From assembly GCA_946059305.1 (NCBI GenBank), contig CAMGMU010000001.1, positions 10,354 through 74,353 of the forward strand: a stretch of DNA of 64,000 nucleotides. The letters are read 5' to 3'. The notes under the pieces are model-generated. The model made no database searches and had not been told where the DNA came from. It saw only the letters and a program-made list of their open reading frames with translations. This document shows, piece by piece, positions 46,677 to 54,784 of the stretch (its first letter is position 1; every line of letters begins with the position of its first letter). Made by a program: the position numbers and the translations under genes. The stretch is from an uncultured Bacteroidales bacterium. Lineage in GTDB: Bacteria; Bacteroidota; Bacteroidia; Bacteroidales; Paludibacteraceae.

Positions 46677-47966
46677 ATGAACAGTACAGCTATTCTGATG
46701 GCAGTAGTGGTATTCCTCGTGATTATTCTGCTGCTTGTAGTCATCCTCTTGGTGGCTAAGCGTTTCCTCGTTGCTTCTGGCGATGTACATGTGCTCGTAA
46801 ATGGCGATAAGAAATATAGTGTGGCAGCCGGCGGTTCGCTCTTGAACGCTATGGCTGGAGCAGGTGTACACCTGCCTTCAGCTTGCGGTGGTAAGGGCTC
46901 CTGCGGCCAGTGCAAATGTATCGTAGAAGAAGGTGGTGGCGAAATCCTGCCTACTGAGACCGTCCATTTCTCGCGTAAGCAGCAGAAAGAGGGCTGGCGT
47001 CTCGGATGCCAAGTCAAGGTGAAGCAAGACCTCAAGCTCAAGATCGACGAGAGCGTTCTTGGCGTGAAGGAATGGGAATGCACCGTTATCGGCAACCGCA
47101 ACGTGGCTACCTTCATCAAGGAGTACAAGGTGGCGCTTCCGCCCGGAGAACACATGGACTTCGAACCGGGTTCATATGCGCAAATCCGTATCCCTGCTTT
47201 TGATTGCATCGATTATGATAAGGACTTCGATAAGTCGCTCATTGGCGATGTATATATGCCCGCATGGGAGAAGTTTGGGTTGTTCAACCTTAAGTGTGTG
47301 AACCCCACCGATACCATCCGTGCTTACTCTATGGCTAACTACCCCGATGAGGGCGATATCATCACCCTCAACGTGCGTATCGCTACCCCACCCTTCAAAC
47401 CCAAAGAGCAGGGGCCGGGATTCATGGACGTCAATCCGGGTATTGCATCATCCTATATCTTCTCGCTCAAGCCGGGTGATAAGGTGATTATGTCTGGTCC
47501 TTATGGCGAGTTCCGTCCGCAATACGGCACCGGTAAGGAGATGATTTGGGTAGGTGGTGGTGCCGGTATGGCTCCCCTTCGCGCACAGATTATGCACATG
47601 CTCAAAGGTCACGGCATTGCTCCTGAGGATCGCGCACGCGAGATGCATTATTTCTATGGTGCACGCGCGCTCGAGGAGATTCCCTTCCTCGATGATTTCC
47701 TTGCGCTCGAGAAGGAGTTCCCCAACTTCCATTTCCACTTGGCTCTCGACCGTCCGGACCCCAAAGCAGACGAGGCTGGTATCAAATATACTCCGGGCTT
47801 CGTAGCACCAGTGATGGGCGACACCTATCTGAAGCAGCATGAGGCTCCCGAAGATTGCGAGTACTACCTCTGCGGTCCTCCAATGATGGCCAAGACAGTG
47901 CTCGACTTGCTCCACTCGCTCGGCGTAGAAGATCAGGATATCCGCTTCGACAACTTCGGTGGTTAA
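46677..47966 (+). CDS. nqrF: Na+-NQR subunit F
   Basis: 429 aa with an N-terminal TM helix, a 2Fe-2S ferredoxin motif CGGKGSCGQCKC and FAD/NADH-binding motifs (RAYSMAN, GGGAGMAP). Confidence 0.9.
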   Translation: MNSTAILMAVVVFLVIILLLVVILLVAKRFLVASGDVHVLVNGDKKYSVAAGGSLLNAMAGAGVHLPSACGGKGSCGQCKCIVEEGGGEILPTETVHFSRKQQKEGWRLGCQVKVKQDLKLKIDESVLGVKEWECTVIGNRNVATFIKEYKVALPPGEHMDFEPGSYAQIRIPAFDCIDYDKDFDKSLIGDVYMPAWEKFGLFNLKCVNPTDTIRAYSMANYPDEGDIITLNVRIATPPFKPKEQGPGFMDVNPGIASSYIFSLKPGDKVIMSGPYGEFRPQYGTGKEMIWVGGGAGMAPLRAQIMHMLKGHGIAPEDRAREMHYFYGARALEEIPFLDDFLALEKEFPNFHFHLALDRPDPKADEAGIKYTPGFVAPVMGDTYLKQHEAPEDCEYYLCGPPMMAKTVLDLLHSLGVEDQDIRFDNFGG

Positions 47967-48029
47967 TCCCTCCGATGTCAGCATCGAGCAATTGCCCTTC
48001 CCGATGTAAGCATTGAGTAATTTCCCAAA

Positions 48030-48066
48030 AGAGGGTGTGCCAGCTACGGCACACTCTCTTGTTTTG
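48030..48066 (+). terminator. Rho-independent terminator of the nqr operon
   Basis: agagggtgtgcc-agctac-ggcacactctct is followed by tgttttg. Confidence 0.7.
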
Positions 48067-48172
48067 TATTGTTCATTGGCAGGAGATATTATCTCCCTCC
48101 TAAATTCCGCTTCCGCCCCTCTTTTTCTATGCGTTTGTCCGATTTTTGCTATACCATATCAGAAAAAAGCAG

Positions 48173-48180
48173 TACTTTTG
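48173..48180 (+). promoter_or_regulatory. -7 box TACTTTTG for the Ntn-hydrolase gene
   Basis: The sequence is aaaaaagcagTACTTTTGcatc, about 50 nt before the ATG at 48231. Confidence 0.55.
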
Positions 48181-48230
48181 CATCTCTTTTCGGATTCATT
48201 AATTATTCATTTACCCATTTATCCAAACGT

Positions 48231-49298
48231 ATGAAAAAGTATTTTTTGATAGCACTCTGCACGATGTTGGCATCTTGCCAACTGAACGAATTAGGCGAGG
48301 CGGGCAAAACCGTTCGCGAACTTAATACCGACCTCTACCATATCACCATAACCGATGATGCGGGCTTTGAACGCTATTTGGCACAAGGCGGTGCCTCTTC
48401 TACCAACGAAATGGGCGACTACATCTCCGATTACCTCTCTTGCGGCCCTTGGGGAACTTTAAAATGTGCACCGAAAATGAGCGGCTTCGCGTGTAGCGCA
48501 CTGGCTGCTACCAACGACAATGGCGAGGCTATTTCCGGCAGAAACTACGACTGGGACCCTTGCAAAGCCCTGATTATCCGTTGCGTTCCGGGAAATGGGT
48601 ATGCCTCCATTTCTACCGCCAACATCGATTTCTTAGGGTTCGGTGAGGCTTACGATCCTATGGATGGCATCATAAATCAATATAAAGCTACTGCCGCTGT
48701 ATATGTGCCGATGGACGGCATCAACGAGAAAGGGCTGGTAGTGGCTGACCTGATGGCGGGGGATGACGAATGCACCAATCAAGTGGATTCCGCAAAACCC
48801 AATATCACCACCACCTCGGCTATTCGACTGCTGCTCAACCATGCGGCTAATGTAGAGGAGGCGCTCGAGCTGCTGAAGCAATACAACATGCACTCCGATA
48901 TTGAACGCGCACACCACCTTTTTGTGAGCGATGCCAACGGACGATCTGTATGCGTGGAATGGGTCAACAATCAGATGATCGTTACGGACTCGCAAGTGCT
49001 CAACAACCACTATCTCTGCGAGGAGAAAAAGGGAATTGGTAGTGGCGAATTGAGTCTGAAGCACGAAACCATTCTGCTGAACACCTACGCCGAACACAAT
49101 GGTATCCTGAGCAGTGAAGAGATGGCGGATGCCATGTTCGCAGCGGCTGCCCTTCCCTCCGAGTGCGATTATGGCGGTACGCAGTGGACGATCGTCTATA
49201 ATCAGAAGCAAGGTTCAGCCACCTACTATTGGCGACGCGACCGTGCCCGCTCCTACACCTTCTTTGCATCCTCTACCGTCGAGGTAATCAAGAAATAA
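48231..49298 (+). CDS. Ntn-hydrolase superfamily lipoprotein (choloylglycine hydrolase / C45 acyltransferase-like)
   Basis: It has the lipobox MKKYFLIALCTMLASC and a candidate nucleophile context GFAC-SALAAT...GRNYDWD. The ATG at 48231 is preferred over the ORF-track start. Confidence 0.7.
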   Translation: MKKYFLIALCTMLASCQLNELGEAGKTVRELNTDLYHITITDDAGFERYLAQGGASSTNEMGDYISDYLSCGPWGTLKCAPKMSGFACSALAATNDNGEAISGRNYDWDPCKALIIRCVPGNGYASISTANIDFLGFGEAYDPMDGIINQYKATAAVYVPMDGINEKGLVVADLMAGDDECTNQVDSAKPNITTTSAIRLLLNHAANVEEALELLKQYNMHSDIERAHHLFVSDANGRSVCVEWVNNQMIVTDSQVLNNHYLCEEKKGIGSGELSLKHETILLNTYAEHNGILSSEEMADAMFAAAALPSECDYGGTQWTIVYNQKQGSATYYWRRDRARSYTFFASSTVEVIKK

Positions 49299-49313
49299 TA
49301 GCGTGCTGAGGTC

Positions 49314-49469
49314 CTATCCGCTCGCTGATTTGCTCTGGTATTCAGCGAGCAGGGCGTTGTCACAGTTCAGGTACTGGATGGACACCAAGGTCTTGCCGAA
49401 CAAGTACTTGACCGTGAGATTGCCGGCGGATCCGTTGAGTTTGCTGATGATTCCTTTAAGAATTGCCAT
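49314..49469 (-). CDS. Speculative 51-aa ORF (MAILKGIISKLNGSAGNLTVKYLFGKTLVSIQ...), possibly the N-terminal remnant of a larger gene
   Basis: It runs from an ATG to TAG and is the only open frame downstream of two minus-strand promoter boxes. No family was recognised. Confidence 0.25.
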   Translation of the reverse strand: MAILKGIISKLNGSAGNLTVKYLFGKTLVSIQYLNCDNALLAEYQSKSASG

Positions 49470-49529
49470 AATAAAAATTGTTTTAGAAGTTAATAAATAG
49501 GGTTATTGTTTGTTCTACCCTTGCCGCAT

Positions 49530-49592
49530 TTCGCCGCTAATTCGCCGCTAATTCGCCGCTAATTCGCTATAAGTTTGCTGCTAATTCGCTGC
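49530..49592. repeat. 11-bp tandem repeat cgccgctaatt (3 perfect copies plus 2 degenerate copies)
   Basis: tcgccgctaattcgccgctaattcgccgctaattcgctataagtttgctgctaattcgctgc. Confidence 0.9.
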
Positions 49593-49616
49593 TTCTTCGC
49601 TTCGGAGTCGTTTGCT

Positions 49617-49757
49617 CTCCGTTTTTTTCCGTTTTTTTCCGTTTGTTTTCCGTTTTGGAACGGAGAAAAAACGAATGTGGAACAAATGTACAACGAATGT
49701 AGAACGAGAGTAGAACGGAGATCGAACGGAGAATGAACGGAGAGTGAACGGAGAAAC
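49617..49757. repeat. Opposed arrays: (t)ccgttttttt x4, then 12-nt-period gaacggaga x4 perfect plus degenerate aacga copies (mutually complementary cores CTCCGTT/AACGGAG)
   Basis: ctccgtttttttccgtttttttccgtttgttttccgttttggaacggag ... tagaacggagatcgaacggagaatgaacggagagtgaacggagaaac. Confidence 0.9.
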
Positions 49758-49828
49758 TGTGTCTGGGCCCGTGACGAACAGCTTGTACGTTCTGCTTATC
49801 CGTGAGCGTTCCTGCTCGATTTCGGGTA

Positions 49829-49836
49829 CAAAGGTA
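49829..49836 (-). promoter_or_regulatory. -7 box TACCTTTG (minus strand) reading into the repeat cluster
   Basis: The reverse complement reads caaaaaagcagTACCTTTGtaccc. Confidence 0.4.
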
Positions 49837-49862
49837 CTGCTTTTTTGAATACCGGTTACCAC

Positions 49863-49906
49863 TTAATGCCGGATAATGCCGGATAGTAACAGATAATGCC
49901 GGATAA
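49863..49906. repeat. ataatgccggata motif present 3 times
   Basis: ttaatgccggataatgccggatagtaacagataatgccggataag. Confidence 0.85.
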
Positions 49907-49990
49907 GCTGCTTAAAGCTGACTAATGACGGATTATTCAAATTTTCTTATTTTCAACCTGTCGGTTTTACTTTACGAAATTTTGACGGTG

Positions 49991-49998
49991 CAAAGTTA
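49991..49998 (-). promoter_or_regulatory. Second minus-strand -7 box, TAACTTTG
   Basis: The reverse complement reads attaaTAACTTTGcaccg. Confidence 0.35.
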
Positions 49999-50031
49999 TT
50001 AATTTCATCCTACCCTCATCACAACAAAAAT

Positions 50032-50055
50032 GGCCCTCCGTGGGAGAGCCTTTTT
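50032..50055. terminator. Hairpin flanked by an A-run and a T-run, abutting the outermost tRNA-end repeat
   Basis: aaaaa-t-ggccctcc-gtg-ggagagcc-ttttt. Confidence 0.5.
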
Positions 50056-50090
50056 GCGTTGAGAGGGGCGCTCTAAAGAGCTATTCGAAC
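50052..50090. repeat. Copy 1 of a 39-nt repeat derived from the tRNA-Ser 3' end
   Basis: ttttgcgttgagaggggcgctctaaagagctattcgaac matches 52647-52685 at 38 of 39 positions. Confidence 0.9.
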
Positions 50091-50091
50091 A

Positions 50092-51216
50092 ATGGGGCTC
50101 GAATCCTACCCTCGAAAGGGTGTTGCTAACGAGGCAGACGAGCGCATTCTGATGGAGAAGCGCAGGGCGAATGTAACCACGTGGGATGCTTCTCCGTGTT
50201 TGAATGCAACGATTAACGATCTGGATTTGTCGTTGTTTAAACACTATTTCTTGCCTAAGGCAATGAGTGAGGCTGACTTGGAAGCAGATAATCGCGATAT
50301 AAAATATCAATTGAGCTCTTTTGGCTTCTTCGATACGCGCTATGACTGCCCGACTAATGCCGGTGTTCTCTTCTTCGCTAAGAACCTTCGTCGTCTAGTG
50401 GGTGGAGCATACGTGCAATATGTTCGCTTTGCAGGTAAGGATCGTGCGGCAGACATTACGGCGGAACATGAATTTAAGGAGAATCTTTGTACGATACTTC
50501 CCGAACTGGATATCTTTATCAAAACCGGAATAGCTAAGCGTCGTCCTATTCCCGTAAGTGCTCTGCGCGAGGAGATGGTAGCGGATTATCCGGATTGGGC
50601 AACACGAGAGTTGCTCATCAACGCGATTTGCCATCGTGACTATACTTCTAATGGTCCGATTCAGTTTTATGAATACGATGACCGAATCGAGATAGAGAAC
50701 CATGGAGGTTTGTATGGTCGTGCCAATGAACAGAATTTCCCCAACGTGAATGACTATCGCAATATGGTAGTTGCGGAAGCGATGAAGGTATTGGGCTTTG
50801 CCAATCGTCAGAGCCGTGGTGTACTGCGTGTTCAGCGTGATCTGGTTACTAATGAAAATGGAGAGGCCGTTTTTGATTTTGGTTTTCAAACAGCCGTGCT
50901 TGTTCGGGTGATGAAATCTTTACGTGGCGATCGTCTGATTCAAAGCGCCATAGAAAATGGTCTTCTAATGGCGGAAAATGAAGGAAAAACGCCACAAATG
51001 GCGGAAAATGAAAGAAAAGTACCATTCCCACTTCCTATAATTCGAGATGTTTATAGTGCTATTAAGCAGAACCGTAAGATCAAGTATGAGCAGCTTCAAG
51101 ATAATCTTGGTATAGGAGAAACAACAGTTAGAAGGTGCATCAACTGGCTGAAGGATAATGGTTATATCTCCAAAGAGCACGCCAAAATTAAAGGTGAGTG
51201 GCAGTTATTGAAATGA
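50092..51216 (+). CDS. COG2865-like ATPase/wHTH protein (Schlafen AlbA_2 family architecture) that appears to lack its N-terminal AlbA_2 domain
   Basis: It has a HATPase_c_4-like core (RELLINAICHRDY...IEIENHGG) and a C-terminal wHTH. The frame opens only 5 codons upstream of the ATG, after a TAA at 50074-50076 inside repeat copy 1. Confidence 0.65.
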   Translation: MGLESYPRKGVANEADERILMEKRRANVTTWDASPCLNATINDLDLSLFKHYFLPKAMSEADLEADNRDIKYQLSSFGFFDTRYDCPTNAGVLFFAKNLRRLVGGAYVQYVRFAGKDRAADITAEHEFKENLCTILPELDIFIKTGIAKRRPIPVSALREEMVADYPDWATRELLINAICHRDYTSNGPIQFYEYDDRIEIENHGGLYGRANEQNFPNVNDYRNMVVAEAMKVLGFANRQSRGVLRVQRDLVTNENGEAVFDFGFQTAVLVRVMKSLRGDRLIQSAIENGLLMAENEGKTPQMAENERKVPFPLPIIRDVYSAIKQNRKIKYEQLQDNLGIGETTVRRCINWLKDNGYISKEHAKIKGEWQLLK

Positions 51217-51242
51217 GTTTGATATATAAATTCAATTGGTAA

Positions 51243-52433
51243 TCATTTGAGACTGTCACCCAAATGCTTCGTTATATACGCGTCCAACGATTCTGGCATT
51301 CCTGCCACCTGATCAAGTTTCCGGCCTTCCGGGCTGAGCAATATGAATGTAGGCCATGCGTTGCACTCGTTCTTCCGAAACAACCCCAAATCGCCTTCCG
51401 TATCGCGCATATTATGCCATGTGATATGATTTAGCGAAGCGTATTTTTGCCACTCTTCCTGTCCGTTGGTATTGACAGAGATAACCACCAATTGCTCGGC
51501 ATATTTTTCGGCAACCTCTGCCAGTTTTGGCTCTGCTGCATAACAAGCTCCGCAACCTACGCTCCACATATCCAGCAGCACGTATTTCCCCCTGAAATCG
51601 GCCAATCGACAAGTGTCGCCATCCATGCTTTCCAGTTCCGCATCTTCTGCGTCACCTATTTTATAGGGCTCTGGCGGGAATAGCCGTTTCTGCATCATCT
51701 GCGCCTGATCAGTTAGCTTTTCTTTGTCGGACAAGTTCAAAAACAGTTCCTTTGCATCTGCTGCATAACCTGCATTGGGATAATATGATGCCATAGAGAC
51801 AAGGCGTTCCATCTCAACCCACCACACCTTGTTGTGAGGCATTTTGCGCAAAGGTTCCAACGTATGCCCGGGCTCCTCTTGGAGAGCTTCTATCCGAAGC
51901 TGCCAATAGTAATTGGCGCTATCCACCAAGTTCTGCTTCTCTTCGCCGATCAGTTGCTGTTCCTGCGCTCTTCGGTAGCAATCCCTGCCGAGTTGTTCAC
52001 AGCGGAAAGCCTTTTCCTGCACCTCTCGTTTTGCCATTTCCAATTTCTCTTGCCATTTCTGCTCTTTCACGTTGGAGCGCAGTTCTGCAGAATACGTTTC
52101 TCCATTCCGGAACGTGGCAAGAATCGTTGTTCCCGGCTTTACCCACACATCCCGGAGACGGTGCTCCCAGCTCTGACCATTTACACTCAATCGAAGCAAA
52201 ACGGGCAATTCCTGATTGCTGAAATCATAAGGAACCTGTAGGCAGAAATCTTCACCTATCTTCTCTTGCATAATCGTCTCCAATGTATTGCCAGTGGACT
52301 CAAAGAGTGTCAACTGAACGGAATCCGTAAAATTCTCAATATGGCCTTTGAATGTAAATTCATTGCGTTGCTCCTTCTGGCAAGAAAAGAGTACCAATGC
52401 GCACAACAAAAGAAGAATTTCAAACTTTTTCAT
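51243..52433 (-). CDS. TlpA/AhpC-like thiol:disulfide oxidoreductase lipoprotein with an N-terminal DUF4369-like domain
   Basis: It has the lipobox LVLFSC and a thioredoxin fold with WSVGCGAC in the C-terminal 150 aa or so. A helical insert lies between the domains. Confidence 0.75.
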   Translation of the reverse strand: MKKFEILLLLCALVLFSCQKEQRNEFTFKGHIENFTDSVQLTLFESTGNTLETIMQEKIGEDFCLQVPYDFSNQELPVLLRLSVNGQSWEHRLRDVWVKPGTTILATFRNGETYSAELRSNVKEQKWQEKLEMAKREVQEKAFRCEQLGRDCYRRAQEQQLIGEEKQNLVDSANYYWQLRIEALQEEPGHTLEPLRKMPHNKVWWVEMERLVSMASYYPNAGYAADAKELFLNLSDKEKLTDQAQMMQKRLFPPEPYKIGDAEDAELESMDGDTCRLADFRGKYVLLDMWSVGCGACYAAEPKLAEVAEKYAEQLVVISVNTNGQEEWQKYASLNHITWHNMRDTEGDLGLFRKNECNAWPTFILLSPEGRKLDQVAGMPESLDAYITKHLGDSLK

Positions 52434-52646
52434 GGGGTAATAATTTAATGAAGGTTTCTTGCGTGTTTAATTAATGAAGAATTATTTATTTGGTCATAGC
52501 AATTTCTGTGCCAACGAATGCTAGGGTGCTCATTTTTTTACTACCCAATATAACGGCTGAAAAATTTTGTTCCGCATTTGTTCCTGTTTTTTTTCTCTTT
52601 AAAAGCCAAATCGCCGTAACTTGTTCAGTTACAGCGATTTTCGGAC

Positions 52647-52685
52647 TTTTGCGGTGAGAGGGGCGCTCTAAAGAGCTATTCGAAC
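52647..52685. repeat. Copy 2 of the 39-nt tRNA-end-derived repeat, continuing into ccccc+agtttgctaaac
   Basis: ttttgcggtgagaggggcgctctaaagagctattcgaac. It is preceded by the hairpin cgccgtaac/gttacagcg. Confidence 0.9.
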
Positions 52686-52909
52686 CCCCAGTTTGCTAAA
52701 CCTTTGGAAATAATCGGCCTTAATTTGTTGATAGTCAGTTATTTATATATTTTCCTATTTGTTACATATTTACAATATTTGAGCCATTTTGGGGTCGTTT
52801 TTGGGTCGCTTTTTCTAATTTTAGTACAACTTTTCGCAATACGTTACCATTTGAAAATCAATGCCTTATACGCCTGCGTACTAATTTAAAAATCGTTTTG
52901 GAATGAGGA

Positions 52910-54097
52910 TTACTTTCCTATATTATCAATCACATACTGACGAAGAGTGCCTTCTTCTTGCATCTTCTTGAAGGCAAGAATCTTCTTCTTGTCTTTCTTT
53001 AGTGTCTTGGGATACCTGTTGTAGCATTCTATTACCGCGTCTATGCCGGCAATATGCCCGTTTACGCTATCATTATCTCCGGTTTTGACAAAATATGCAG
53101 CCCAGCCGCCCAAGAAATAGCCGCCCAGTTCTATCATCTTATATGAAAAGAACTCTCTTTCAAGACTGAACATACAGCCATCCACTCCTGCGCACCATTT
53201 AATTAAAAATTGCTGTGCTTCCAGATTAGTCATTTTCTCCATATCGTTCTTCGTCCCCGGGTCATGGGCAAGAAGCCACTCCATGCATTCTATCACTTTC
53301 GGCTTGTAGGCATCATATTCCTCAGCAGTAGTTTTTTCCGTAATTTCCGGCAACACCAATTTTTTATTGACTGTCATGGACGCCATGTTGCTTTGGTCTG
53401 CTTTGCTCCATACCGATGTATCGTAAGTGAATGTAAACGGCTTGTCAATATCCTTTCCGCTGAAAACCCTGTTCTCCCATGCCAAAAGCGCCTGTATATC
53501 AAAATACAAGCTGGCTTCATGACCGTTGACTGCAATATCAAACTTATCGCATCGTGAAGCAGTTATATACTGGTTTCCATGTTCTACCTTAAAGAAGAAA
53601 TTCATGAGCGCATACTCATCACTCACACTGACTACATGAAATCCGGTACTGTCACTCTGACCATCGCCAGTCGACACAATAGTTGTTGCTATTAATTCTG
53701 CTTTCTCCCATAAGTTGCGAACTAAGGCAGTATCGTTGTTTCTTCCGGCTGGTACAGTACGATAGACAAGTGCTTGAAGATCAAACGGATATTTGTCAAG
53801 ATGACGATCCATCGCTTCTGCAGCTTCATTAGTTTTGCGCTTGTCTTCCAGTAGGTCTTTTACCTCCTTGTCGAGCCCATTAAAACTGCTTTTCCCAACA
53901 AAGATAGAGCCATAGTACAATGTTTGGAGCTCATTGAGAGTGAGTGTTGTGTCAAGTGCTTGATAACGAGTGAGCAACTGATCATACGCCTCCGTGCGGG
54001 CTACTTTCTGAATAGTTTCATAATCCGGTCGTTGAAATCCTTGTGCATAGCAACCTGCTGCGAGCACGACAAAGAGTGAAAGAAGGTATTTTCTCAT
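52910..54097 (-). CDS. Secreted protein of unknown function (two-domain; the N-terminal half may be DUF4919-like)
   Basis: 395 aa with the signal peptide MRKYLLSLFVVLAAGCYAQ. I could not assign a family with confidence. Confidence 0.7.
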   Translation of the reverse strand: MRKYLLSLFVVLAAGCYAQGFQRPDYETIQKVARTEAYDQLLTRYQALDTTLTLNELQTLYYGSIFVGKSSFNGLDKEVKDLLEDKRKTNEAAEAMDRHLDKYPFDLQALVYRTVPAGRNNDTALVRNLWEKAELIATTIVSTGDGQSDSTGFHVVSVSDEYALMNFFFKVEHGNQYITASRCDKFDIAVNGHEASLYFDIQALLAWENRVFSGKDIDKPFTFTYDTSVWSKADQSNMASMTVNKKLVLPEITEKTTAEEYDAYKPKVIECMEWLLAHDPGTKNDMEKMTNLEAQQFLIKWCAGVDGCMFSLEREFFSYKMIELGGYFLGGWAAYFVKTGDNDSVNGHIAGIDAVIECYNRYPKTLKKDKKKILAFKKMQEEGTLRQYVIDNIGK

Positions 54098-54388
54098 ATC
54101 AAAAAAAATAAAAGCGAACTGTCCTTACTATCCGCTAATCAGGCATCGCCAAGCACCTCACAAAAAGAAAGCACGAACAGCCCGCAACACATGCGGACTC
54201 ATTCGTCACTTGCTCTCTTTTGTATGAAATTAGCGATTTCGGTAAGCGAGAACAAGGACAAAGTCCAAGTTATTAATACATTTGCTTTTATTTAGAGTCT
54301 TAAAGCCTCGACTTTTTTTTATGCAGCAATGGCATGCTCATATAGATACTCAGGAGCAATTCATATCAATCTTTGCAACTTCGCCGCA

Positions 54389-54396
54389 AAGTTAGT
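54389..54396 (-). promoter_or_regulatory. -7 box TAACTTTG (minus strand), about 290 nt upstream of the 395-aa gene
   Basis: The reverse complement reads acacTAACTTTGcggcg. Confidence 0.4.
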
Positions 54397-54544
54397 GTTT
54401 TTTTATGAAATAGACAAATTTTGGAGAACTTTTGTGCTAATTTAATACAAAATAAAGCACTTTTTGTAGAAAAACAAGTATTTTGCTGGGTCGATTTTAG
54501 CCATTTTGAACAACAGACACCCTAATTAACTGAGTTACAGCGCT

Positions 54545-54563
54545 TTGCGGTGAGAGGGGGATT
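54545..54563. repeat. Copy 3: an exact 19-nt duplicate of the tRNA-Ser(GCU) 3' end and flank
   Basis: ttgcggtgagagggggatt is identical to 54782-54800. Confidence 0.9.
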
Positions 54564-54725
54564 ACGTCGCTTCGCTTTGTTATCCCCAAACGCTCCGCGG
54601 GTTACCTGCGCAAGCTTATTCAGAGCACATTGAAGAGATAGGCGGCGGCACGAAGTGCTGCCTTATTTTCTTGCGCACATAGTGCACTCGCTCGTGCAAG
54701 CACGGACTCGGCACTATGCACACAA

Positions 54726-54760
54726 AAAAAATAGAGACTGCATTACGGCAATCTCTATCT
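54726..54760 (-). terminator. Rho-independent terminator of tRNA-Ser(GCU)
   Basis: On the minus strand, atagaga-(14 nt)-tctctat is followed by T8. Confidence 0.7.
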
Positions 54761-54784
54761 CTTCAAACGGCTCTTCACCGCTTG

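Larger units (their letters stand above)
50052..54784. mobile_element. Putative decayed integrative islet(s) at the 3' end of tRNA-Ser(GCU); no recombinase gene is present
   Basis: The segment is bounded and subdivided by same-orientation partial copies of the tRNA 3' end. It has AT-rich spacers, cargo-like genes and one truncated gene. Confidence 0.35.

Noticed and set aside
49581-49862. 93-aa minus-strand ORF
   Set aside because: Its sequence (SPFTLRSFSVRSPFYSRS..., KRKTNGKKRKK) is a direct translation of the ctccgtt/aacgga repeat arrays, and it starts inside a promoter-like box.
52640-52720. Possible additional (pseudo-)tRNA at repeat copy 2
   Set aside because: It has T-arm and anticodon-arm-like pieces but no 5' acceptor strand, no D arm and no variable arm. 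A 14-nt insert splits the T stem. It cannot fold as a tRNA by hand, so I treat it as a tRNA-derived repeat.
52704-52889. 61-aa hydrophobic plus-strand ORF in an islet spacer
   Set aside because: It has a non-ATG start, lies in AT-rich DNA that gives Phe/Leu/Ile-rich translations by default, and has no promoter box. I cannot exclude it, but nothing supports it.
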